Positions 39,630 through 51,724 of a stretch of DNA of 64,000 nucleotides are shown here, in pieces. The notes beneath the pieces were generated by a model, which had not been told where the DNA came from, ran no database searches, and saw only the letters and a list, made by a program, of their open reading frames with translations. The translations under genes were made by a program, and so were the position numbers. The stretch comes from Octopus sinensis (lineage: Eukaryota), in NCBI RefSeq assembly GCF_006345805.1, contig NW_021832867.1, positions 1 to 64,000 of the forward strand. The letters run 5' to 3'. How positions within the stretch are numbered: the first letter of the stretch is position 1; every line of letters begins with the position of its first letter.

Positions 39630-39960
39630 GACCATGCCGGGATGACCGACAATCGGTTGAATAGGACGCCACATACGTAGACACCTACGCGCTTACTTTC
39701 CTACAATTTCCAGTAGTGATTTCTGAACACGTCTCCTCCAGGGCAAAGATACGAAGATCAAAAAATATGCTTGTTTCCTGAATCACTCGCTTCTATTGCC
39801 TGTTAGATCAGTGATTTCGTCGACAAGCGCTTCTTTTGAAGATGGCGACATGGATCTCCACAAATAAAGTCACGAACGAGCAGAGTACAAAACGCAACTA
39901 ATCCATCCAACCCCGATATCAAATATGGAATAATAAAACGAAATTCCTTGAAACCAGAAT
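39630..39960 (+). mobile_element. Degraded CRE-clade 3' fragment
   Basis: DATYVDTYA and a frameshifted EDTKIKKYACF; eroded RLE C-terminus. Confidence 0.65.
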
Positions 39961-41800
39961 TATCCGACATAATGGTAGTGACAACCAGCAAAGCACTCCG
40001 AGCCATAAGGTCTCCACGGCCTTTCAAAGAACTCTAACGGAAGAGGCACTGAGTGTCTTTCCACAACATCGCATAGCGTTTTATCGACCAAAAATAAAGC
40101 AAATTTCAATCTCTCGCTGTCATTTAAATCAGTTCCTACAATATGAATAACACAGCCGACCAAACAAGGCAGATTCACAGCACGCAGTCTCCCCCAAATA
40201 TTTATTCAACACATTTTGGGATTCCAGTTCATTTATTTTGTGACCTGAGTAGCGCTTAACTATACAGAATATTAATTAAAAACTAACCTCTAGCCTCGGC
40301 TGGAACAGCGATGCAAATTTTGCATTCCTCCATCACTTCCTCAGTAAAAAGAGCTGGAAATCTTACAAATCTAAACATAGTTCCAAAACCTGTGTTGTAG
40401 AACAGACATAGCAAGGCAATTTCCACAATTAGTAGATACATCATTTGTGCTATAAGCTTAATAATCTTATTATACACAAGGGAGACTATTTCGTCGTTAG
40501 TTCGTCTGAGGATAAGAAGAGGCCCACTATATCTGCATGAAATGATCAAAACCACACAACCTTTTGAGAAGCTTAGCAACGTCCAGGTCAAAATGAGCTT
40601 TCATGACAGCCTCAACCATAAAATCTAAATTCTTAGAGTACTCATTACGGAAAAAATCCGCCATCGAATTTTTAGCAACGGGAATAATGGAATGGAAAGT
40701 CCCATCGACAATCTGATTAAAGTCGAACAAAATCAACCACTGAATCCACTGAGGGGAAGAGGGCAGCTCCAAATGCGGCCGAATAGCCCCCAATAGACCA
40801 CCCATACAAAATGATCTTGTTTGTATTGAATCCCAATTCCTCAATGGCGTACAAAATGACAGCATAAACGGCGTTATTCTCCTCATAGACATACGGAAGA
40901 CTCTTAAAGTACGTCTAGTTGAACCAAATACCGAACTTGCCCCAAATCCCGGATGGTTCCAGGCCAGGACTGAATGTCCCAGTGATATTATGCTCTGATT
41001 TGACCCACACTCGTAAAACGAGCAGTTTCCCTCACTGCAAATGACAAGAAACTGCCCAGCGTGGCAGTCCCGACGGTCCAAGAACATTGTGTCGATTTCT
41101 GCGCCTGTGAGGGTCTTGACTTTGGCTCTTCGTCCCCCATACTTTGGTAATCAAGTCAAAATGTACAAGTTGTACAAGCGATGACCGTCCGTCGTTCAAC
41201 ATGGGCTCGAAATAGTCCTTAGTGAAATGTGTGGACCCCGGATAGACCAAAGGACGTCCCACAAAGAGCATTAATAACCACGTAAGGATATATTTAAGAT
41301 CGAAAATATGATCGACCAGAGAATCCGACTGCAGCTGTTTGAGTATGGCAGAATCAGAACATTGAGCAGCATAATCCACAGGCCAGAATCGGAAATCGTA
41401 GTCAAATGCTTTCAAAACGTTCTTTTCATTAAAATTGGATTTTACTTTTGAGCACTTTTGGTCGAGTACTTGGCAATATTTGTCAAAGAATGCCATATAC
41501 ACAGGATTGTAGAATCGACCCAGCACTAAAAAATCGAGACAACAATTTATTAACAATTTGTCAAACTGAGGACTCTTTTGATCAGGAATAAAGTTATGTA
41601 TACATAAAGTATCATTAGCTTATCAGAACCAAGGAGGACAAGTGGGACTGCAGAGTATAATACTATTTTATTAACAAATGAGATCTGCCATGGTTATATA
41701 TAAAACAAACAATATTCGTGTATACTGACGAAATGTGTTCTAATTTATTCATGTGGTAATCTTCCTGTGGAATAGATCAGGAATTTCATTACCGAGTCGG
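39960..41800 (-). CDS. ABHD16A: ABHD16A-like phosphatidylserine lipase (alpha/beta hydrolase); 5' exons approximate
   Basis: YDFRFWPVD, GRPLVYPGS, LVICSEGNCSFYE, HSVLAWNHPGFG, YGWSIG(G) nucleophile elbow, YSGPLLILRRTNDEI, HSVPLP. Single-base homopolymer indels are needed. Confidence 0.88.
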
Positions 41801-43189
41801 GTTTTTTGTACACGTGAATCAGTTTGGGTCCAGTCAAAAAGCGGTAAATACGTTTAAAATTGTGGTGAACCATTTCTACTGCAAATTTAGTGGTTCAACT
41901 AAAGATACAAAATGTATTTTAAGTTACAAATAAATAAATTTAATTTATTTTACAACTAAATTAATTATTTTCAAATCGTGAAATTTATTTATGGCTCTTA
42001 ATGAGACTCTTAATAAGTATATTTGATTTGATTTGGGTCCAGTCAAAAAGCGGTTAATACGTATATCGATAGTTCTTATCGATCAAGAGTCTCTTAATGA
42101 GACGCCGGCTTTCTTACAGTTTTTCAGTGACCATCCGAATTCGGTTTCTATTCTTTTTAATTAAATTCTGTCTTGTTTCTCGAAAGCACACGTTTTAGAA
42201 GTCAAATTGACAAGACTCTTTAATTTTATTTCTACCAGACTGTTTTAATAGTGATATATGTTTCCAGACTGATAATGCAAGATTCTTTGTAAAATATGAC
42301 ACTTCTCAAACACGAAACTATTCCTTTATAGACAAAATGGTAGTCCATGTATTTCAAGGATTCAGATCCTGTTTTTGACTGTTTTGTTTAATAAATCTCT
42401 TCAAATTAATTAAAAAATCGTTAATGGATTACAATATTTTCAATGTATCAAGCGAATTTATTAGAGAGTTGTATTGGTAAGACCCTGGGAACAAATTTGA
42501 GCGGAAGCAGGTCTTTACATGCTTTTCTAAAAAATTCGTCTCATCCCTCGCTCAGTACAACATATTGATTATCAATCGATTATATTACAATTCCCCCCAG
42601 TTTTTTTCCAAAAACAAACAGTTTGGTCTGAATTAGATTTTGAAAAACATTTCCTTGGGATAATTACTGTAAAAGTTAAGAACCCGGTTATTAACTGTCT
42701 ACAATAAGCTTCCAAAAGACAAAGTACATCATAAGTTTGTATCGATGATAAAAATTCATGATTTTCTCGCTGCTAAAGACGAAGTTTTAAGATTGTTTTC
42801 TGAAAAACAAAACCTGACGATTTGATGGCCTCTGATTAGTTGAACTTTTTTAAAAAATTATTTAGAATCCCTCTTTAGCAGGTCCCTCGATCAACCAACT
42901 AATATCGGATGTTTAATAAACGATGCTGGTGCTATGAAAAACTTTTTTTGAAAATGTTCAAAAAAAGATTGGATAGTTTTGCTTTCTTTTTTCAAAGACA
43001 TAATAACTACCGGATTTGTCACAATGATCTGGCAAAAGTAATTCTCCTGTATTATAAAGAATCATCTTTGTAAGAAAAGGTAGCTTTGGGACTACTTCTT
43101 TAGTTCCCAGTGAGAAATCGCATCAATTATCGAATTTAAAAATTTCCCATGTGTTCATGTCTGATCTCCTAGTCTGACATCAAAGTGAT

Positions 43190-43828
43190 TGATTGGGAGA
43201 TTGATTCGAAAAGTCTACAGTTTAGGGAGTGTGTGGGGAAGGGGTCGTTTGGGACTGTCTACAAATGTGATTATTACGGAAAGGCAGCGGTAAAGATAAT
43301 CCACTAACTAATCCTTCAAACGAGGATTTGGCTTCTTATCGAAACGAGATCGCTGTTTTGCAGTAAAAGAGTGACTCAGACGTTTTTTAGAAGATTGGGG
43401 ATGAGCATAGTCTGCTTTTCATGAGATGTATTACAGACCCGTACATGGCGATTGTGACTGAGTGGTGTGAAATGTCTTCTCTTTATGAAAGTCATCACGT
43501 TGAAGAACTTATTTTCGAACCTTTACAATTCTTTACATTGCTCGTCAACTCGCAGAAGGAATGGCTTATCTGCATTCTAAACAAATCATTCATTGTGATC
43601 TTAAATCTAACAGTTTTGTTGAAAATGATTATGTTCAGACAATTGTTGATACAAGTTCTTCAAAAAAACCAAGACTTGTTGGGTTAGTTTTTTGGATGGC
43701 ATGTTTTATCTGAGACATGTTTAGGCTCCTGAAATCATCCGTCTGCGAGAAAAAAGTGGACCGTTCTTTTTTTGGACATGTATGCATATGGAATAGTCCT
43801 TTACGAGTTAATCACTGGCAAACTCCCA
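43190..43828 (+). pseudogene. RAF: Raf-family kinase fragment (subdomains I-IX), disabled, intron retained
   Basis: [62 protein letters not shown]; the DFG region is deleted; several frameshifts; intron GTAAAAGAG...TTTTTAG. Confidence 0.85.
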
Positions 43829-45560
43829 TAAAAACGAGAATAATCACCGACGGACTCCGTTATTCATTTGCAACTGGTAAATGGGGTGATCAAAAAAAGC
43901 CCACATGGCCCGTGCTGGTGTTTCTCAGTTTTATTGGATATTTTGAGTTTTTGTTAGGTATTTAATAGACTAACATATGTGTCGACTCTCTCACATTTGC
44001 GACGTCTCAATTCCCCTATCGGCCGTGGTTGAAAACTGGCCCGTCCTTGTCAACACCACAACACACAATGGGAGTACCTGTGTCCGGCAAAGACACCCGA
44101 GGAAACCGCAGTTGATCAAGAACTTGGCTCTCATGGCTTATATCTTAATGGGGTCTCAGCCTTATCCAATCTTGGAGTTTTTGAAAGAATGGCGGATGGA
44201 GAATTTAGAGGAGATATTATCACCGACGATAGTTGGAAGATCTGTTAATTCTGACTGAGCCTCAGCACTACAAAGGTGTTTGTAAATAGGTGTTTGGTGG
44301 GTATTCACCGTGATCCTGAACGACTAATGGTGATTCTCGAAAAATTGAGACGTCAGACTGGAGACGTGGTGGTCTCGGAGGTATGGAGTCATGTTGAATT
44401 GTAGGTTTCCACATTACAGGGCATTGAAGACAGGGAGATCAAAATATCGTGTGACGCCGGTCGTGCATTTCGTCCGCTTCTTATTGTGGAGAACTATTAA
44501 TTATTACTAAAAAATCGCTATTTCGAGGGATTCAAGCGCCAATACGACTCACTTGGGTTGATTGTTTTGTTTCTAGCATCAGATAGAAGGATTTAGTATC
44601 TGGTGGAGTTTTGGACTACATTGACTCGATTGAAAAACAGATGACAACGATTGCAATGCATCCTGACGATTTATCCGAAGTATCCTCTTCACTGTTCGTC
44701 TTACACTCATTGCGAAATAAACCTGTCCATGACATTGGGAGTGTGTGCCTTCCTCATTTCCTTTCCCGATCATAACCAGGTGTTTTACATTTTCCATTAC
44801 CCTTTTAGCCTTCTAGAAACACTAACCAGGCTGCCATGGGGAAGCAGACTATGGGAGTGTACGTCACCAACTTTCACGTCAGGATGGATTCGTTAGCATT
44901 CTATCTTTATTATCCACAAAAATTACTCACAACGATTAGAGCCACCGAGTTTCTAAAGTTTAGAGAACTTCTGACTGGTTAGTCAATTTTGGTGAATTAC
45001 AGGAATTAACACAATCGTGACTATAGATGTCTACACAGGCTACAATCAGAAGATTCCATAATAATGGATCAGTCGAGATTGGTCAGGGGCTATTTAGGTT
45101 ATTGGTCTTGTAAATGACTCAGAGCAGTATTTTATCGTTGTTATCGTGACCAGGAAACACGACGTCCTCCATATGGGGAAGGGTGTTTCAAAAGACCAAA
45201 TAGAAATGAAGTAATCGGAATGAGACACGCCGTTTATGAAAAGTTGGACGAAGACGGGGTGATTGCTCCGGGGACACGTTTTTTGGGAGATGATGTAATA
45301 ATTAGAAAGATGGCGGCTATAAAATAACAGTGATGATGAAGTTGGCTATGTTTGAAAGTAATTTTTAGTTGGAAGGTGATGTCAAGCGTTTTTCTAAAAG
45401 GGATATCTCTACGTTCTTATGAAAAACGGAAATCGAGATAGTCGACCAAGTGATGATGACAATGAGTCAGGAAGAGTACAAATTATGTAAAGTTCGCGTG
45501 CAAACGTGAAAAATTTTACAAATCGGGAATATGTTTGCTTCCCAACATGGAATCCAATAC
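43828..45560 (+). pseudogene. POLR2B: RNA polymerase II second-largest subunit central fragment, disabled, introns retained
   Basis: [85 protein letters not shown], ..FASQHG; many stops and frameshifts; both ends of the gene are absent. Confidence 0.92.
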
Positions 45561-46219
45561 CGTCAGATGATTCAGTAGTTTTCCAATGCCGAAGAAAGAA
45601 AGGCGGGAAAATATAAATGATTTTTTGCATCAAAGGATAGTTATAGAGGATAAAGAATGAATGATCAAGATCAATGACAGAAAGTTTTCACAACGGGATG
45701 TGATAAGATTCTTAAATACGTAACTATCGAATAAGCTTTCTACACATCTAAAACATGCCCAGACTAATTTCTTAAAGAATAATTGAGGTTCACTTGAAAT
45801 AATACTTGAAGAATAATTAGAATTGATTGAATACTTGACAATACTTTTTTACAGAACTAACATGGTTTTCAAATCAGATTTATTTCCTGAATATCAATGA
45901 GAAATTCTGTTAAACTTTTAAAATTGACATCCACCTTTTTCTTACACTTAGAATTTCTAGATAAGATCACCTAAAGCAAGCTGAAGTTGATGTTCGTTAC
46001 TATGACGCTCAATCACCTGGTTGATGAAAATTTCTTTATTTAATTTCCGCGTTCTTGTTAACTGAGTTACTTTTTTCAAATTTTAATAATTTAAAAAATT
46101 ATTGAATTAACAAAAGTAATCATTAAGAATTTCAGATCTTAAACAAAGAATTTAGATGATTTGGAGTGATAAATCCGATTTATCACTCCGGACACTTAGA
46201 ACGGGCCTAGACATTATAA

Positions 46220-46677
46220 CTTACGACAATAATTACTTTTTATTGTTATGTGTCAGATGGCGAAAGAATTCCCCATTTTGAGTAAAACTGCATTGGAATC
46301 AATACTTGCATTCCCCACTACTTATCACTGTGAAATGGCGATGTCGTGTCTGACTTTTCTAAAAACAAAATATAGAAATAGACTACGGGTACAAGATGAT
46401 ATGCGAGTAGCTTTGTCGAACATAGAGCCTGATATAAGTAAAATTATTCTGAGCAAACAAGATCAGAAATCTCACTAAATTACTATTAAATTTTCTGTTA
46501 TTTTCATAATGTTCATGTTATTTTTATAATAAATATTCGAAAATGTCTAAACCTGGCCCTGACGAGGCCAAAAATTGTGCGCTAATACCAAAAAATGTTT
46601 ATTTTATTTAAGGTGGTCCCCACAAAATTTTATAGTACAAAAGTGGTCCCCAGTCTAAAAAAGGTTGAGAACCGCTG
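46220..46677 (+). mobile_element. hAT (Buster/Charlie) 3' end with dimerisation-domain remnant
   Basis: FPILSKTAL..FPTTYHCEMAMS..KTKYRNRL..DMRVALSNIEPDI; terminal AAGGTTGAGAACCGCTG followed by ACGTATAC (central TA). Confidence 0.9.
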
Positions 46678-46976
46678 ACGTATACTAATTGAAAGATTTT
46701 TCTTTTAAAAAGATTTGAAGGATAAACAGAATAAACACTGTTATTAAAATCTTTATTATTTAATATTCTAGGTTTTCCAGATCCTGCTATTTTCTGATAA
46801 TTTACAACCCAGATTAATGATTTGTTTTAAATCATTCTCAAAATTATTAAAAAGTGTATTTTAAATTATTCAAAATTGTGATCTATTCGTATGACGGAAT
46901 AAATCACTTGTAAATATAATAAACAAAAAATCAAGATTAAATACCAAACAATGGATTAGTTTCACAATTATTTTCA

Positions 46977-48151
46977 CTAACGACTGATTATTTTCTCTCT
47001 CAATAATTTCTTTAAACTTTCAGAGTCAGCAACAAACTTCCTGATGCCCTCCGACAACTTTTCATTTGCCATTTGGTCTTCATTAAGTCTGAAACGAAAT
47101 TCCGCCTCATCGACAAACACTTGTATCTCATCCGAAGCCATTGCTAATAATCAGAATCTAAAATCACACCATTTTCGACAGTCAAGACTGCCTCAACTGA
47201 CTCATTCGAGGAATCGAGTTGTCCAAGCAAGTTCGGACTAAGAAATAAGATTTTTATATACGAAATGGTGAGCAAGTCACAACCAGCCAGTGCCTTAATT
47301 TGTCCAATATTTCTGAACGAAGCGCCCATAATACTCGTTTTATAACCATATTTTTTAAAATAATTGTAAATTCGAGTGACAGAGAATACACCTATTAACA
47401 CATCCCCAAATTAGTCAACCAGGATCATCTCCAGGACCGTACTCAATTCCCGTCTCCTTTTTCCACCAGTCATAAATACGGCCAACAAATGGAGAAATCA
47501 AAGTCACTTGCGCCTGGGCACACGCCAAGGCCTAACAAAAATAGAAAAGTTTAAAAACCTGATAAAATGAAAAAATAAGCGTCAGGTTGCAGCGGATATT
47601 GTGTTCGGTCTCCAGAATCCTGAAAAGTAACGATTGGTAGAAATGCACTTAGCGGCTTCTATTCCTTCCCAGGAAGCTGCAATTTTAATGAGTATTCTGT
47701 CCTTTCCAACCCCCAGTTCTTCGTAGAGTCGAATCAGACGGATTGCCTTCTGAACCTGGGCAGTTTTATTGAATGAGAGTCTGGAAGGTGAACATGAGGC
47801 ATTGCCTGGCGTCTATCTCCGTTGAAACGACTCCCGGAATCACTTTCAGGATTTTTGTTCCAAACAGTACGACCAATCTATCCACTGCATATTCAATTTG
47901 TTCTTCGAGGAGGCTAATATTAGTTCAGTATTCGAAAAACGGTGAGTTGCAGAGTCCATAGTTCACTGCTTCGTCTATCAATTCTGGGTATAGTTTGGCG
48001 GCCTGCAGGATTAAAGAAGGGTTTGTTGTGGCATCCCTTGGAGTGAACTTTTCGATGGCTAAAATTGTCTTTAGATATAGACAAAACAATTAAAATCCCC
48101 AGTGTCGGCCACCACCACAGAATAATTCTTTAATTGCTGAAGCGAAGTCAT
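46977..48151 (-). CDS. TALDO1: Transaldolase
   Basis: [86 protein letters not shown]; tiny introns. Confidence 0.95.
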
Positions 48152-48719
48152 GATGAAACAAAATAAATATTAACAATATTTTATTTAAATTTTATCAATA
48201 AAATTGTTTTAAAATTATTCAATACAAAATACGTAAAATTCACTAAAATTAAAAAATTACCTATGACCATTCAAAGGGTTTAGTTCCAAATTGATGCTTG
48301 ATTACTCAATTACAATTCAGCATTTTGACTACACAAATATTTGAACTTCAAGGTGTGTTCCCAAATTTTATCCCTGGCTTAGAAGAGGTTTAAAACGGCT
48401 GTGATTTATAGTCCTTTTAAGGCAGCCTAATTTAGCCAACATTATTAAGAAGATTACCTGAAACCAATTGAAACATCGGCCTCTCATAGGAGGAGTCTCC
48501 TAGGGAATTGTCAGGGATAGTGCTATGCTTCTTTGGTAGCTGAAGATCAAGGCACTATAAACTGTTAGAGCCATGGCAGGAGAAGAACTGTTGAAAGCTT
48601 AATGAAAGCTATTGAGCACATATAGGGAGGTGATTACGCAATTTGACTAATTAACAATTCACTTTTTTAACAAGTAATTATTAATGTCTAATTAATGCAT
48701 CTGCTCTCTGTAGACTCTC

Positions 48720-49040
48720 CTCCTCTTCGTATCCGTATTTAATGTCGGAGTTATTCGCAGCCACTGACTGAACATAATTAGTTTTCAACTTTCTGGATTT
48801 CTTAATCCCATACTTCGACCACACTTTGTCGCTAAGTAATCAACTGTTTTGTGGCTGAGTAACAGTGACTCACAATGCTTATGGTCCTGTATTAGACACA
48901 GAACCCCTTCGGTCCTGGGAGAGTTATTTCCATGCGATAACCAATTAGAAGATTCAGCAATATCGACTTTAATTTTGCCCTCAAAAGATTATCAATCCTT
49001 TTTTTAATTCTCCAAAGAGTGCCTTCAGTACTTCGCTCCA
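48720..49040 (-). mobile_element. R4-clade internal deletion fragments
   Basis: Nucleotide similarity to 26400-26700 and 27250-27280. Confidence 0.7.
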
Positions 49041-49059
49041 CTTTTTAACGATTGATTGA

Positions 49060-49330
49060 ATCTAAGGATAAATTTACAAATAACCTTCCTTTCTACCTGA
49101 CCATGAATCACGGTGCTCTACGGCATCCAGTTATGTGTATGATTTTTAAGTAATTACACATCGTTTCCACACATTTTTTCTCAAATTTTTCCCATTATTT
49201 GTCTGTAAAATTAATTGTTCTGATAATTTTTTACCATCGGTGATCCCACAGAACGTCAACGGTTGAACGTCCTTTTCTAAATCCGCTGTGATACAAAATT
49301 GTTCACTCTGTCCTTGATACATTCCTGCAC
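49060..49330 (-). mobile_element. Degraded rve-type integrase core fragment
   Basis: ILQTNNGK....IIHITG.RRAP..(G)QVERK, an eroded form of LQSDNG.EF..HP.SQG.VER. Confidence 0.5.
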
Positions 49331-49879
49331 AATCAATGATAAAATCTTCTTCAGGGAATTCAGCAAAATGGCTGGGCAGGGGTTTTCTACTGGCCGACAG
49401 ATTTGTTCAAGTCTTAAATAGTCCCAAAGCCCAGCGGGAGTGGGTCGTTCGTAGCAAACATACCTTTGAGACTTTTCTTAATATAAACTAATATTTTCTT
49501 AATTAGTACATAGGTTAATTATTGGGAATTTTTAAAAAAATAAAAGATGAGGACCAAATGATTCGGTCTGATTATTCAGGGGAAATTTCCTAGGCTCAAC
49601 TGTCAGTCTAACTTGTTGTGGATATGTGAATAAATTTAGTCACGAGGGTTCTTTAACAAATTAACCATTTCTTAGTTACTTGGTAATATATTGAACTCGA
49701 TTACTTCTGTTCTTGCTGGGGGAAGACAGTCTCTCTTGTGGTCATCCTCGTGAACGCCAGATCAATATGGCTCGTGGCTTTCCATCGGCCGGATATCTTA
49801 GTAGTATACGAGTCAAAATTAAAACATGGCTATACTTTATATGGTGTCCCGTGGGGAGATGGTGGGGTTGTACGGCCAT

Positions 49880-50420
49880 CAACTAAATGAATGGGTTGAA
49901 GATCAGAAACTTGAGAACAGAAAATGAAACCATCTGTGAATTTGTGTCTCTCGAGTTATTATGTGGACAAGTGTGGATTCTGATTGAGGGAATGTACTCT
50001 AAGAAACTAGCTGAAAACAAAAACTCAATTGCTGATTTCTTCAAATGCAGCCAATTTGCACTAATTGCCTGGAGATCTAAACTCTAAATGCCTATCTTTT
50101 GGCTGTCAAAAAGAAAATCGAGATGGAAAAATCCTGCGGATTCTATCTGATCAAGTTGGTTTTGACCTCTGGACATCGGAAAAACCAAATTATTTTTCAT
50201 GCCAAGGAAATGATTTCTTAGGACTGTTCATAACTTCTTAATTCCAGCCTCTAGAGAGGATTTGTTCCAAAGTCATGGGAAAAAACCGAAGTTCGAATGG
50301 TTCGAAAACCTAAGAAACTTAAAGAAGAAGCCTCGAGCTAATAGGCCTATAAGCCAAATCTGTTCTACATCGAAGATAATGGAGAAAATTACAAGAACGA
50401 TTTCATTAAGCCGAAGGAAG
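49880..50420 (+). mobile_element. Degraded APE-type LINE fragments (L2/CR1-like)
   Basis: NRPISQICSTSKIMEKI (RT domain 2 start). The upstream APE-like text is weak. Confidence 0.4.
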
Positions 50421-50429
50421 GGCGTAAAA

Positions 50430-50900
50430 CAATCTAAAGTTTAAATAACTGTTGCTTTATGTTCTAATATAAGTGGATCAATTAAAATGACACCTTTTGT
50501 TGTTGGATACAGCAATAAACCAAGATGTTTCAAAGGATTCAATGTTGGAAATACTCTCATTATTATGCAAATTCGAAAGCTTGGATGACCAGTTATTTGT
50601 TTAAATGCATGATGCATAATAATGAGCTAGACCAAATTATGATTCACGAAGATATGGTTCAAGCACAAAAAGTCATTGATGACGATGAAATCATTACACT
50701 GTTTCAAGAAGAATACACTGTTGAAGATATCATACTTAATGCTGGAGATGGCCAGGTCGATGAGAGTTACGATATTAGCCCAACCACTTTATTTGATGCA
50801 ATTCAAATTGTTTTTTCAATAAATAATTGTGTTTATAAACAGATTAATAATTTGATCATTTATCTAAAAATCATATAAATTTTAGATTCCTTCATAATCT
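50430..50900 (+). mobile_element. pogo/Tigger DDE fragment
   Basis: CSNISGSIKMTPFVVGYSNKPRCFK and YYANSKAWMTSYLF. Confidence 0.75.
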
Positions 50901-51724
50901 GAAGGGAAAGTCGATTTGAATTTTTCGGATTAAGGAGGGTTGACTGTACTTTGAATTAGCAATACTTGAAATGGGGAGTGAGAGTTTTGCTTAAAATGAA
51001 TATGAATGAATAAAAAAGAAAACCCACTGGTTCTTGTCACAAAGCATAGATTGTCATCGTCGCCGTATTCCCACTGAATTAATATAATGGAAGACATTCG
51101 AGAAAATAAAAAAAAGAAAAATATAGTTGTCTTTCTAAGGAGAAAAGTTGAGGCAGAAAAAATTGTCATGATCCAATTAATACAATCACCTTTAAAATTA
51201 TTTGCTTGAAATAAAGTAACTCCTACGATCACTTAAAAATGTTTCCGTCATGCTTAATAGATAAAATGTGAAACAATCACACTCAACAGTGAATCTAATA
51301 ACTACAAAAATAATCCAATATCTTATAATGAATTTGTTGATTATGGATATACTGGAAATTAAGATCTAATAGAATTTTTAGAAAAATCTGAACAAGGTGA
51401 TAGGAAGCAACTATTGAAGAGGAATCAAATGAGAAAATATGCCAAGGATTAGTTACTGTCGTCAAATTTGACAAATTCTTAGCATCAAAAAAGGGGCTAC
51501 CAAGAGAGATTCTAATCTATGCCAATATTAATTGGGTTTAGATAAATCTAATTTTTATAGAAATAATCAGTATCAATAGAAAAACAGAGTTGATTGGTAA
51601 AAAAGTATTTATACAGAAATATTGTCACACAATAGTATAGTCAACAAGTTCTTCTTCCATCAATAAAAAAAGGTCGTATTGCTCCATCAAATTAACTCCA
51701 TACATTTCCTATCAATAAACTTGG

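Noticed and set aside
9480-40800. Frameshifts in SLC17, coronin-7, LAMP and ABHD16A as pseudogenisation or programmed frameshifting
   Set aside because: Each one I checked is a single missing base in a homopolymer within otherwise conserved coding sequence, the same error type seen among the satellite copies; sequencing error is more likely.
46540-46590. Hammerhead ribozyme at CTGACGAGGCC
   Set aside because: Stem II partner and GAAA core cannot be formed; it lies in the hAT 3' region.
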